NCBI GenBank assembly: GCA_027623675.1
Contig: JAQBVF010000004.1
Coordinates: 1-64,000, forward strand
Source of the DNA: Chloroflexota bacterium
Lineage (GTDB): Bacteria > Chloroflexota > Dehalococcoidia > Lucifugimonadales > UBA3495
Length of the DNA: 64,000 nt
Direction: 5' to 3'
Under the pieces are notes generated by a model that saw only the letters and a list, made by a program, of their open reading frames with translations, searched no databases and was not told the DNA's origin. The first letter of the stretch is position 1. Every line of letters starts with the position of its first letter. The position numbers were made by a program, and so were the translations under genes. This document shows, piece after piece, positions 48,768-57,367 of this stretch.

Positions 48768-50123
48768 TCATATTGATTTCGGCGCCTTGGCCCAGCCGTC
48801 GCCCCAGGGAACATCGGCAAGGTTCCTGGAGCGGCGCACTTCGTTGATGGTGAGGACGCCCCGGTCCAAAAGCTGCGCCTCACGCGAAACCCGGACGGAC
48901 TCGTCTTCGCTCAAACCCTCGATTGCGGAGAGGTCGAATTCAAGCTCCAGACCGGGGTACCCCAGGGCCGGAAAAAGGTTGCGTGTGACCTGGTCAGCGA
49001 TGAAGCGCATCTCAGGGACCATGGTATTGCGCCAGAAGAAACGCTCGGCGGCGTTCACGTTGGAGAATGTGGCCCGTTCCAGGTCCGACAGGAGCGGCTT
49101 GGGGACACCGTAGGTCCGGCTGACCTCCTCCAGGCTCCAACGCAGGCCCTGGATGAAGTCCATCTCGCGGTGGCTGATGCCCAGGGTTTTGATGTCCCGG
49201 ACAAAGCTGGCCACGGCGGGCCGGTGCGCTTGCGAGGGGCCGCGAAACCGGGCTTCCCAACGCCGGTAGAACTCCTCCATCTCGTTGTCGGTCATAGTCT
49301 CGTTGGTCAGCAAGACAAAGTCGGGTTGGGCGGAGTTGCGTAGGAAATTACGGTTGAATCGTAGGCTGTCCTTCCCCATGTCGGCCGACATGCGCAGCGG
49401 GGCGATGGGCGACAGGCCGGCGTAGTCTTCCAGCGGGTTGAAGTACCGGAACCAGACCATCTCGTCGGGCGTGTAGGCCACGCGCCCGTCCCGCCCGTTG
49501 TAGACGAATCCTCGGATGTGCTGGCCGCGGTCCGGTACGATGCTAACCCGGTCGGGCCGCAGGGGCCACAACTCTGGTTGCCCCTTCTCGTTGCGCTCGA
49601 TCGACCAGAAGGCAGACCCCCATAGGTTCAGGTAGATCTCCGTGGCCCGCCAGAGGTCGCTGCCGTTATACCAGCGGTTGGCGTGTTCCAAGATTCGTTG
49701 GGCCGGGTGGCCGCGTTCCACGGGCACCCGGCTCCCGGATTCAGTGGTGCGGTATACGACCGCCGGAGCGCGGCTCAGGGCGTCGGACCGCAACCGGATG
49801 GCTGCGTATACCGGCACCGAGGTGGCGTAATATTCGCCGTACTCGGTGCGTGCCCAACCGCCGTTGCTTCCGGCGAACCCTGGGAACCCGTCGACGTCCA
49901 CGGTTGACGCGCGGTTGGCCCGTTGGACGGTGTCCAAGTCTCGGGCTGAGTGTCTTGAAAACCCAGGCAGAAAACCTGGCGCCAGATCCAAAGCCTGTGC
50001 TATCAATCTGGATGCGGCCTGTTTAATCAGACCGTAGACTTGTCCCGTCGTCTGCCGCACGGCTGATTGCTCCGTCCTGGCCGTCTGGTTCGACGGCAGC
50101 GTGGATCTTTGCCTTTCTGTCAT
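48768..50123 (-). CDS. Phage portal protein, HK97 family
   Basis: VYAAIRLRSDALSRAP, LNLWGSAFW, LWPLRPDRV, GLSPI, MDF..VSRTYGVP..ATFSNV, GVLTINEVR; ATG overlaps the terminase stop (ATGA). Confidence 0.92.
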   Translation of the reverse strand: MTERQRSTLPSNQTARTEQSAVRQTTGQVYGLIKQAASRLIAQALDLAPGFLPGFSRHSARDLDTVQRANRASTVDVDGFPGFAGSNGGWARTEYGEYYATSVPVYAAIRLRSDALSRAPAVVYRTTESGSRVPVERGHPAQRILEHANRWYNGSDLWRATEIYLNLWGSAFWSIERNEKGQPELWPLRPDRVSIVPDRGQHIRGFVYNGRDGRVAYTPDEMVWFRYFNPLEDYAGLSPIAPLRMSADMGKDSLRFNRNFLRNSAQPDFVLLTNETMTDNEMEEFYRRWEARFRGPSQAHRPAVASFVRDIKTLGISHREMDFIQGLRWSLEEVSRTYGVPKPLLSDLERATFSNVNAAERFFWRNTMVPEMRFIADQVTRNLFPALGYPGLELEFDLSAIEGLSEDESVRVSREAQLLDRGVLTINEVRRSRNLADVPWGDGWAKAPKSI

Positions 50124-51469
50124 ACCCACAACCTCGTTTTGTTGGCTGATTCCAAGAAGGCCAGCATCAGAGCGTCGGCTTTATCTGGGGATGGGAGTCC
50201 CCGTTGGCGCATGCCTTCTTTGCTTTCCATCTGGATCCGGCCTTGGCTGTCGTAGCTGTAGCGCAGGGCGGCCAATTCGCCCATCAACTGGTGGTCGTTG
50301 GGAATGGCGATCTCGCAGGCCGCGAATAGTTCCCTGAGCCGCCAGTAGCCTTCGGCGCGCAGGTTGGCGAATAGACCATCCTGGCCGGCACGGCGGGCCA
50401 CGTTGATGCCTTTTACCGGGTGACCCTGTTCCTTGAGGCGGTCGACCACGCCTGCTCCCACTCCGATCTCGTCGATACACACCCTTTCGGGAGAGGTGTC
50501 CCGGATGGCCGCGGCCACCCACCCGGCCAATCGCATGGTGTCCATGTTCCGGAAGGTCTGAATCTCCATCACCCGCCCGCCCTGCCTGCGGAGGATGACG
50601 CTGCGGTCGGAGCCGAACCGGGCCACGTCCACCGCCAGGATGACGTCTTCGCCGCTTTCATTGGCGCCGCTGGGTACAACAGCGGTCCAGCGGCACGCGG
50701 CCTCTTCCACGTCGGTCAGGCCGATCAAGGTGTCTTCGGCCTGGTCTGGGAATTCGCCCAGCACCCTGGCCCGATATATGGGGTTGTCCTCGCCCCAGGT
50801 CTCCCGGCGTTCCTCCACCCACCGGGCTGAGGTGAGCCCCGGCACCACCGATCTCCCTGCCTTGACGTTTGGGCTGTCCAAGGCGGAGATGGTGATGTTG
50901 TGGTAGAGGTGCCGTTCCTGGTAGAAGGCCCGGCGAAAGGCGCCGGTCACCGTGGTGGGATTGCCGATCAGCAGCAACAACGGATCGGCGGAGGTCATCA
51001 CGGCTTCGATGGCCTCGTAGATCTCGTCGCTAACGCCTTCCGCCTCGTCGACGACTATCAGCATGTTGGGGCTGTGAAACCCCTGGAACTGGTCGGCGTT
51101 CTCCGCGGACAGGCCCATGGCGTAGCGGTCGTCGGCGATCTCCCAGCGGGTGTCCAGCATCTTGCCGCCCAACAGCTCGGCGTGGGGCCGGAAAAGACGG
51201 TGGACCTGCCGCCAGAGGATGTGCCGCACCTGGCGGAATGTAGGGGCGGTGCTAAGGGCGATGGCGGCGTCTCGGTGCGTGTGCAAGAACCACAACAGGG
51301 TTACGGCGGCGCAGAAACCCTTGCCCAGGCCATTGCCCGATTTGACCGCAACCCGGCGGTGCCGCACCAATGAGTCGAGGACCTCTCGTTGTTTGTCCCA
51401 AAGATTGACGCCCAGTATGTCGGTGGCGAACTCAACTGGAGTCGGGGCGGTGCCCGAAGGTCCCGGCAT
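50120..51469 (-). CDS. terL: Phage terminase large subunit
   Basis: Q-motif LWDKQ, Walker A-like VKSGNGLGKG, Walker B IVVDEAE, motif III IGNP, RVLGEFP, nuclease LAVDVARFGSD / IDEIGVGAGV / SPDKADAL; probable start MPGPS, 5 nt after the upstream stop. Confidence 0.92.
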   Translation of the reverse strand: MPGPSGTAPTPVEFATDILGVNLWDKQREVLDSLVRHRRVAVKSGNGLGKGFCAAVTLLWFLHTHRDAAIALSTAPTFRQVRHILWRQVHRLFRPHAELLGGKMLDTRWEIADDRYAMGLSAENADQFQGFHSPNMLIVVDEAEGVSDEIYEAIEAVMTSADPLLLLIGNPTTVTGAFRRAFYQERHLYHNITISALDSPNVKAGRSVVPGLTSARWVEERRETWGEDNPIYRARVLGEFPDQAEDTLIGLTDVEEAACRWTAVVPSGANESGEDVILAVDVARFGSDRSVILRRQGGRVMEIQTFRNMDTMRLAGWVAAAIRDTSPERVCIDEIGVGAGVVDRLKEQGHPVKGINVARRAGQDGLFANLRAEGYWRLRELFAACEIAIPNDHQLMGELAALRYSYDSQGRIQMESKEGMRQRGLPSPDKADALMLAFLESANKTRLWV

Positions 51470-51474
51470 CCGGC

Positions 51475-51684
51475 CTAACTTTGGGCCGGATAGCCCGACT
51501 CTAATGCAGTGGTTCGCGGGCCGTGCTCTTGTTCGTGGGCGGCCTGGGAGGCGGGGCTGGCCGGCGGACTGGTTGGTGGGCTGAATAGGTAACCGCATTC
51601 CTGGCAGCGGAATACGTCGTTATCTTCTTGGGCTCGTTTTTCCAGGGGGATCAGTCGGGGAGACTGGCAACGTCGGCAATGCAA
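51475..51684 (-). CDS. Small zinc-ribbon protein
   Basis: TTG start after AGGAGGT SD; CRRC-x20-CQECG. Confidence 0.72.
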   Translation of the reverse strand: MHCRRCQSPRLIPLEKRAQEDNDVFRCQECGYLFSPPTSPPASPASQAAHEQEHGPRTTALESGYPAQS

Positions 51685-51722
51685 AGCGTGTTACCTCCTG
51701 ATGGCGGTCAGATGTGGAAGCC

Positions 51723-51759
51723 AAAAAAAAGAACGGACCCTTCTTAGAGGGTCCGTCCC
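51723..51759 (-). terminator. Intrinsic terminator in the leader of the Zn-ribbon/terL/portal operon
   Basis: Minus strand GGGACGGACCCT-ctaaga-AGGGTCCGTTC followed by T8. Confidence 0.88.
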
Positions 51760-51769
51760 TGTTGGTAAC

Positions 51770-51799
51770 ACGCTAGGGTTCTGCAATCCAGGGTGTCAA
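51770..51799 (-). promoter_or_regulatory. Putative sigma70-type promoter just upstream of the terminator
   Basis: TTGACA-N18-TAGCGT; the same 18-nt spacing is seen at the tRNA and queF promoters in this window. Confidence 0.55.
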
Positions 51800-51870
51800 T
51801 CGCCGGCCCGTCATCTCGGGACCGCCGTCTTGGCGTTGCATCACCCCTTACTCGGGGAGATTGGCCGGGA

Positions 51871-52056
51871 TTACGCGGGGTTGTGCTTGTTCAGGACCTC
51901 AGCGACACGAGGGTCGATGCTGCCCAGTTCGACTCCGCCGTCCGCCCTGGCAATGCCGAGGTGGGCGTCGCGCTGAATCTCTTCCCAGTCGGGCTCCAGT
52001 TCGTAGTTGTCCCGAAGCTCGTCAAACATGGCATCAAGGGATTTTTTGTCAAACAT
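51871..52056 (-). CDS. Small acidic hypothetical protein (61 aa)
   Basis: GGAGGA SD; MFDKKSLDAMFDELRDNYELEPDWEEIQRDAHLG. Confidence 0.65.
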   Translation of the reverse strand: MFDKKSLDAMFDELRDNYELEPDWEEIQRDAHLGIARADGGVELGSIDPRVAEVLNKHNPA

Positions 52057-52315
52057 GATTTTCGGTGTCCTCCACTTGGTTTGTCGGCCGGTCATGGTCT
52101 GTACTTTAACTCGAGCAGACCCTCCAACAGCGGGCAAGTCCGACGTACAGTCTCTTTAGGGCCATATTGTGGCTGTTTCCAGCATAAACCATGCAGGCTG
52201 CAGCGAGGCCTAGTCTACAATTTTTCAATCAGCCTGGCAAGTGTCGATTCAGCCTCAATGAAACCGGGAATAGTCACGGTGGAACCGGGCTTGCCGGTCC
52301 GTGTGTCGATCAGGT

Positions 52316-52564
52316 CTATGGAACACGTTTTTCCGGTTTGACCTGGCCGCTGGTTGCGGCCTCCTCCGAGCGTCTCTTGCCCTGCAGCAAGTAGGCCGCG
52401 ACTATGAATAGGGGGATCGCAATGATGACCAGCCCCATCAGGGCGACCACAACCCACGGTCCTGTCCCAAAGAGCGAGTCCAACTTGGTTTTGATCCAGT
52501 GGACCAATTCCGGGTCGGCGGCGTCGCCTTGGTGGGCCAGGATAAAGGTGAAGAAGTGGACCAT
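52316..52564 (-). CDS. Small single-pass membrane protein
   Basis: One long hydrophobic segment, WVVVALMGLVIIAIPLFIVAAYLL. Confidence 0.55.
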   Translation of the reverse strand: MVHFFTFILAHQGDAADPELVHWIKTKLDSLFGTGPWVVVALMGLVIIAIPLFIVAAYLLQGKRRSEEAATSGQVKPEKRVP

Positions 52565-52599
52565 CAGGACAAGACCATCACAGAGAAGGCATGAGGGGG

Positions 52600-53907
52600 T
52601 TAGTCCCCGGCAGCGGGCGCGGCTTCGACCGGTTTCTGGTAGCGTGCCGAGTATTTACGCTCTTTGATGGTGAACGCCGACAAGGCGGCCGGGAACAGGA
52701 GCGCCCCGACGATGGCGAAAGGCAGGGTATAGGAGCCAGTGACGTCGAAGAGCAGTCCGGCTAGCAGCACGCTGCTGAATCCGCCGATCTGGTGAAACAT
52801 GAACGTGATCCCGGAGATGGTCCCCAGGGCCTTGAGTCCGTACACGTCTGCCGTGAGAGAGGAGGTTAAGGGCAGGGTGGCGACCCAAGAGAATCCGGCC
52901 ACGCTGGCAAAGATCCACAGTCCGATGACTGAATCGATGGTCAAAAGCAGGATATAGGCCGTGCCCCGCATGAGATAGACCAAAGCCAACCAGTTCTTGG
53001 TGCCGCCGATCTTGTCGGCGAGCAAGCCGGCGCCCAGGGCTCCGATGATATTAAGGCCCATCATGTAGCCGAATATGGTGGCCGCGGTGCTCCCGGAGAT
53101 TCCCCGGTCTTCCATTGCGAAGGGTATGAAATGCACCGATAACACGAAAGTGGTGGTACCACAGACGAAATACGAGCCGGCCATCTGCCAGATGGGAGCA
53201 GACTTGAAGGACTGACGCCAATTCTCCACTTCCAGCGGTCCGGTGACTTCGCGGCGGGGCGCGCCCGCGGCGTCGGTCGGCGGCTCCGGGTCGCCGTCCG
53301 GGTAGAGTCCTTTCTTCGACGGCCGTTCGTGGATGAATAGATAGGCCAGGGGCAAGGAGAGCAGCACCACGATGCCCAAGCCAACCCATGCCGTGCGCCA
53401 GTTGGTGGCCTGGAGTAGGTACATGGAGAAGGGCACCATGATCATGCCACCCAAAGAGAGGGCAGCGGAGTTGATGCTGATGGCGGTGGCGCGCCGGCGC
53501 TTGAACCACCGCGACATCAACGCGGCGGTGTTGGACAGCGCCGGGCCGCTCTGCGCCATGGAGGCGACCACGCCGAACATGAATGCCAGGAACAAGATGT
53601 GGAAGGTCAAGGCCAGCATGGCAGTGGCGCCGCCCAGGACCATCAGGCTGATCAGGATCAGCTTGCGGCCACCGGTGCGGTCGAATATCTGGCCCATGAA
53701 AGGCTGGCTGAGGCCGTTGACCAGCACACCCAGAGCAGCGGCGATGGAGATGGTGAAGCGGTTCCAGCCGAATTCGTCGCTCATGGGTACCACGAAAACG
53801 CCGAAACTGTTGCGCGCTCCGATGGCCACAAACCCGATGAATACCGTGGCGGCGCAAACGTACCAGCCGTAGTAGGTGGGTTTCTTAGTTTTTTCGGTGT
53901 GTTGCAT
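52600..53907 (-). CDS. MFS transporter (OFA/MCT-like)
   Basis: YYGW, FGVFVVPM..EFGW, GQIFDRTGGR, WFKRRRA, about 12 TM segments. Confidence 0.92.
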   Translation of the reverse strand: MQHTEKTKKPTYYGWYVCAATVFIGFVAIGARNSFGVFVVPMSDEFGWNRFTISIAAALGVLVNGLSQPFMGQIFDRTGGRKLILISLMVLGGATAMLALTFHILFLAFMFGVVASMAQSGPALSNTAALMSRWFKRRRATAISINSAALSLGGMIMVPFSMYLLQATNWRTAWVGLGIVVLLSLPLAYLFIHERPSKKGLYPDGDPEPPTDAAGAPRREVTGPLEVENWRQSFKSAPIWQMAGSYFVCGTTTFVLSVHFIPFAMEDRGISGSTAATIFGYMMGLNIIGALGAGLLADKIGGTKNWLALVYLMRGTAYILLLTIDSVIGLWIFASVAGFSWVATLPLTSSLTADVYGLKALGTISGITFMFHQIGGFSSVLLAGLLFDVTGSYTLPFAIVGALLFPAALSAFTIKERKYSARYQKPVEAAPAAGD

Positions 53908-54051
53908 CAGATATCAGACGTATTACGCCCCGAATCTGGCTAAGTCCTGGGTCAATCGCACGATGACCATCCAATGATATCACCATACCGGCGATGAATA
54001 GCAATGAAATTCGCGAATCTTGGATGCCGGGGAGAAGGGAGTGCTTGCCGG

Positions 54052-54888
54052 TCAGGTGGTCAGCCAATCACAGAACGCGTCAGCCGTGCCGGTCCCGCTG
54101 ATGGCCCTTAGCCGGCCATCGGCCAATAACTGCGCTGGTTTGAGCCGTCCCCAGACCAGGAGTGCCAGCGCTTCAGCGTCGCAAGCGAGGGTCGCAGTTG
54201 GTTCGCCCTGGGCTTCCTCAACCCTGGTCTCCTCTCGCCCCGCGGTAACGTCCCGCTGGAGATCGGCGGCGCCGGTGGTCTTGATCCGGTATCGGGCGGG
54301 CGTCGTTGCGGGCCGGAACCCGGCCAGGCCCAGGCTGTTTAGCCACACCGGCAGCCGGTCCAGTACCGGGGCCACGCAATCAGGCGTAAGGCCGGCTTTG
54401 GGGTCGGATGGGAAGCGGATGTCCCAGGAGTGAATCACCACTTCGCTGATGCGGGTCGTCACGTAGGCCGAGGCCGGCTGGAGTTGTCTCAGGCCCCAGC
54501 ATTCCTTGCGCCAGTCGGAATCCTCCATGATGGAAAATATGCCTTCCAGACGGTCGACGCTTGAATAAAATGCGTCTACCAGGTCGCTGTCAGCGGCGCT
54601 GCTGTATCCCTTGGCCACGCGGGCGATGAAATCTGGCAGCACGGTCAGGGGCATGGACCCGATCTCCGGCAAGCCCTCGGGGGCGGAGGTGACGCCGGCC
54701 CGGCCTTGGGCGATTGCGTCGGCGAAGAACTCGGCGGCCCAGCCCAGGTGGCCGATAACATCGCCAACGGTCCAACCTTCGCAGGGGCTGGCCAAGCCCC
54801 ATTCGTTCGAGGTGGTTCCCTGGAGGTATTCCTTGAGACGGCCGGTCTCGGCCGCAATGAGTTTTACCCCTTCCGCGGTCGAGACCAT
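54052..54888 (-). CDS. MDMPI (maleylpyruvate isomerase/DinB-like) family protein
   Basis: SPCEGWTVGDVIGHL, EVVIHSWDI, SCP2-like C-terminus LLVWGR. Confidence 0.85.
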   Translation of the reverse strand: MVSTAEGVKLIAAETGRLKEYLQGTTSNEWGLASPCEGWTVGDVIGHLGWAAEFFADAIAQGRAGVTSAPEGLPEIGSMPLTVLPDFIARVAKGYSSAADSDLVDAFYSSVDRLEGIFSIMEDSDWRKECWGLRQLQPASAYVTTRISEVVIHSWDIRFPSDPKAGLTPDCVAPVLDRLPVWLNSLGLAGFRPATTPARYRIKTTGAADLQRDVTAGREETRVEEAQGEPTATLACDAEALALLVWGRLKPAQLLADGRLRAISGTGTADAFCDWLTT

Positions 54889-55074
54889 ATCACTCCTATC
54901 TGGCCATCGGCTGGATACAACTTAGCTGCCTAGCGAACAATCATGGTGAGCGTGTTGCATGACCTTTCCGCAGAATCGGTGCCTCGACAGGTCCACCATG
55001 AGCGGGGCGGACAGCAGTCACCATGACTGGTTGCGCAGCTAGGCGTCAGGAAGCTATGTCGGGCTAAGCCCCGG

Positions 55075-56571
55075 CTAAGCCCCCCGCAGCGCCTTGGCGT
55101 CCTGTCCGGCGCTCGTGCCCGACAGCTTGCCGAAGACCATGCCGGCCGACAGTCCGGAGCCGCCGGGGTAATTGTGATAGAACAGGCCGCCGACCATCTC
55201 ACCGGCGGCGTAGAGGCCGGGGATGGGCTCCTGGCTGTTGGTAACGACGCGGCCACGGTTGTCGATCTTGACGCCGCCGAACGTAAAGCTGATGCCGCAA
55301 GTTACGGCGTAGCCGGTGTAGGGCGGGGTGTCGATGAGCTCGGCCCAATTGCTCTTCGGCGGGGTGATGCCCACCGTGTTCCGGCCGTCTTTGATGGTCG
55401 GGTTATAGGGGATATCCGTTTGCACCGCTGCGTTGTACTCCTCGATGGTCTTCACGAATCCGGCTGGGTCGATGTCCAGCCGCTCGGCCAGTTCCTCCAG
55501 GGTATCGGCCCTGGCCATGGTCACCTGGTCGATGTGGTATTCGTCGCGCAGCAGGTGCTTAACCTTGTCGTCAAAGATGTGGAAGCCCAGGCCTTGGGGC
55601 TGGGTAAGGTAGGCCCGGCCAAATTTTACGTAGGTGTAGTTGCGGAAGTCCTCGCCCTCGTCCAGGAAGCGCTCGCCGTTGATGTTCACGATCAGGCCGA
55701 AGGGGTAGGAATGCTTCTGGTAAAGCTCGGTGATGGTGCGGTCGCCGAACGCCGGGGCGTTCATGTCCCAGGCCACGGCGTGGCAGCTACTGTAATGGCC
55801 GTGGGACTGGGCGCCAATGTCCAGCGCCATCTTTATTCCGTCGCCGGTGTTGTAGGGGATACCCCGGACCTTCACGTTCTCCCAGCCGGGGCCAAGGTAA
55901 CGGCAGCGCATCTCCGCGTTGGCCTCGAAGCCGCCGGCAGCCAGTACCACCGCGCCCGCGGAGATATCCTCAAATCCGTCCGGCCCCAGGACCGTCAACC
56001 CGCTGACCCGGCCCTTTTGGTCCTGAATCAATTTCTTGGCTTCGGTGGAGTAGCGCACGTCGATGCCCATCTCGGCGCAGACGTCGAACTGTTGGTCGGA
56101 CAGGCCCTTGCCGGCTCCGACAGCCTCGACCAGGAGACCGCCCCAGAATCGGTACTTGTCGCCGTCTTTGAATGCCTGCCGTCCGTAGGCCAGGACGAAC
56201 CGGACTCCCTTGGACTGCAGCCACTGCATGGTTGGCAGCGACTGGCTGACCAGTATCTGGGCCAGCTCGGGGTCGGTGAGCCCCTGGGTTACGCGCATCA
56301 TGTCGTCGTAGAACTGGTTCTCGGTGTAGCTGCCAACTTCGATCTGGTTGACCTCGGTCTCCGACATGTCGGGAATGACCGTTCGGATGTCGTCCAGACC
56401 CTCAAAGGCGAAGCGGATGATCCCGCCGGTGAAGTAGGTGTTGCCGCCCCGGAAATATTCTGGAGCTTTCTCCACGACCAGGACCCGGTCGGTGTTCTCC
56501 TTAGCGGCGATGGCCGCGGACAGGGCCGCGTTTCCGGCGCCGACTACAATCACGTCATAATGTTCTGCCAC
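55075..56571 (-). CDS. FAD-dependent tricarballylate dehydrogenase TcuA-like oxidoreductase
   Basis: VVGAGNAA, GGNTYFT, GGFEANAEMR, NTGDG, HSYPFG, SFTFGG, AGEMVGGLFYHNYPGGSGL. Confidence 0.85.
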   Translation of the reverse strand: MAEHYDVIVVGAGNAALSAAIAAKENTDRVLVVEKAPEYFRGGNTYFTGGIIRFAFEGLDDIRTVIPDMSETEVNQIEVGSYTENQFYDDMMRVTQGLTDPELAQILVSQSLPTMQWLQSKGVRFVLAYGRQAFKDGDKYRFWGGLLVEAVGAGKGLSDQQFDVCAEMGIDVRYSTEAKKLIQDQKGRVSGLTVLGPDGFEDISAGAVVLAAGGFEANAEMRCRYLGPGWENVKVRGIPYNTGDGIKMALDIGAQSHGHYSSCHAVAWDMNAPAFGDRTITELYQKHSYPFGLIVNINGERFLDEGEDFRNYTYVKFGRAYLTQPQGLGFHIFDDKVKHLLRDEYHIDQVTMARADTLEELAERLDIDPAGFVKTIEEYNAAVQTDIPYNPTIKDGRNTVGITPPKSNWAELIDTPPYTGYAVTCGISFTFGGVKIDNRGRVVTNSQEPIPGLYAAGEMVGGLFYHNYPGGSGLSAGMVFGKLSGTSAGQDAKALRGA

Positions 56572-56711
56572 TGGGGACCTCCTAGGGGGTTCGATAATCG
56601 GGTAATTGGGTTTGATAAAGGGATTTTTCGATATTGGGTTTCAGCCTTTTTAGCGTGCACTATAATAGTCTGTCGAACATAAAGTCACAAGATATCGAGG
56701 GGAGAACGGTC

Positions 56712-57266
56712 ATGGACCGGTGCGCTTGGGCAGACAACGAGCTGATGACTGCTTACCACGACCAAGAGTGGGGAGTGCCGCTGCACGACGACCGTAAGTT
56801 GTTCGAGTTCCTAATCTTGGAGGGCGCTCAGGCGGGTCTCAGTTGGAACACCATCTTGCAGAAGCGGGAGACCTACCGGGCCGCCTTCGATAACTTTGAA
56901 CCCAAGATTATCGCCGGGTACGGAGACGCCAAAGTGCAGGAGTTGTTGGCCGACCCGGGCATCGTCCGCAACCGGCTCAAGATCGCCTCGGCCATCGGCA
57001 ACGCCAAGGCCTATCTGGCGGTGGTTGGGGAATTCGGCAGCTTCGATGCTTATGTGTGGGGATTCGTCGGAGGCCAGCCAAAAGCCGACGACCGGGTATC
57101 CATGTCAGAAGTCCCAGCCAAGACCGCCGATTCCGACGCCATGAGCAGGGATATGAAGGGCCGCGGGTTCAAGTTCGTCGGCTCTACCATCTGTTACGCC
57201 TTCATGCAGGCCACCGGCATGGTAAACGACCATACCGTTGATTGCTTCAGGCGTGGGCAAGTGTAG
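56712..57266 (+). CDS. tag: DNA-3-methyladenine glycosylase I
   Basis: RCAW, YHDQEWG, LEGAQAGLSW, IVRNRLKI, FKFVGSTICYAFMQATGMVNDH..C. Confidence 0.96.
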   Translation: MDRCAWADNELMTAYHDQEWGVPLHDDRKLFEFLILEGAQAGLSWNTILQKRETYRAAFDNFEPKIIAGYGDAKVQELLADPGIVRNRLKIASAIGNAKAYLAVVGEFGSFDAYVWGFVGGQPKADDRVSMSEVPAKTADSDAMSRDMKGRGFKFVGSTICYAFMQATGMVNDHTVDCFRRGQV

Positions 57267-57367
57267 GTTGCCGCCGCAGTGCGCCCGGTTTAAGATACAC
57301 GCGGCCCAAGAGTTAACCGTTAACTTAACGGCCAACTTACGACCACATAATAGGGGGATTCGCCAGC

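Noticed and set aside
48768..52056. Intact prophage or integrative island
   Set aside because: No integrase, capsid, tail, lysis or repressor genes, no att repeat recognised, and the flanks are ordinary host genes.
55174..56682. Long antisense ORFs (for example 502 aa here, and 17891-19147)
   Set aside because: Shadow frames of well-supported genes, typical of high-GC codon bias.
56675..56686. LexA-like site GAAC-ATAA-AGTC before tag
   Set aside because: Two mismatches in the right half-site; too weak to call.
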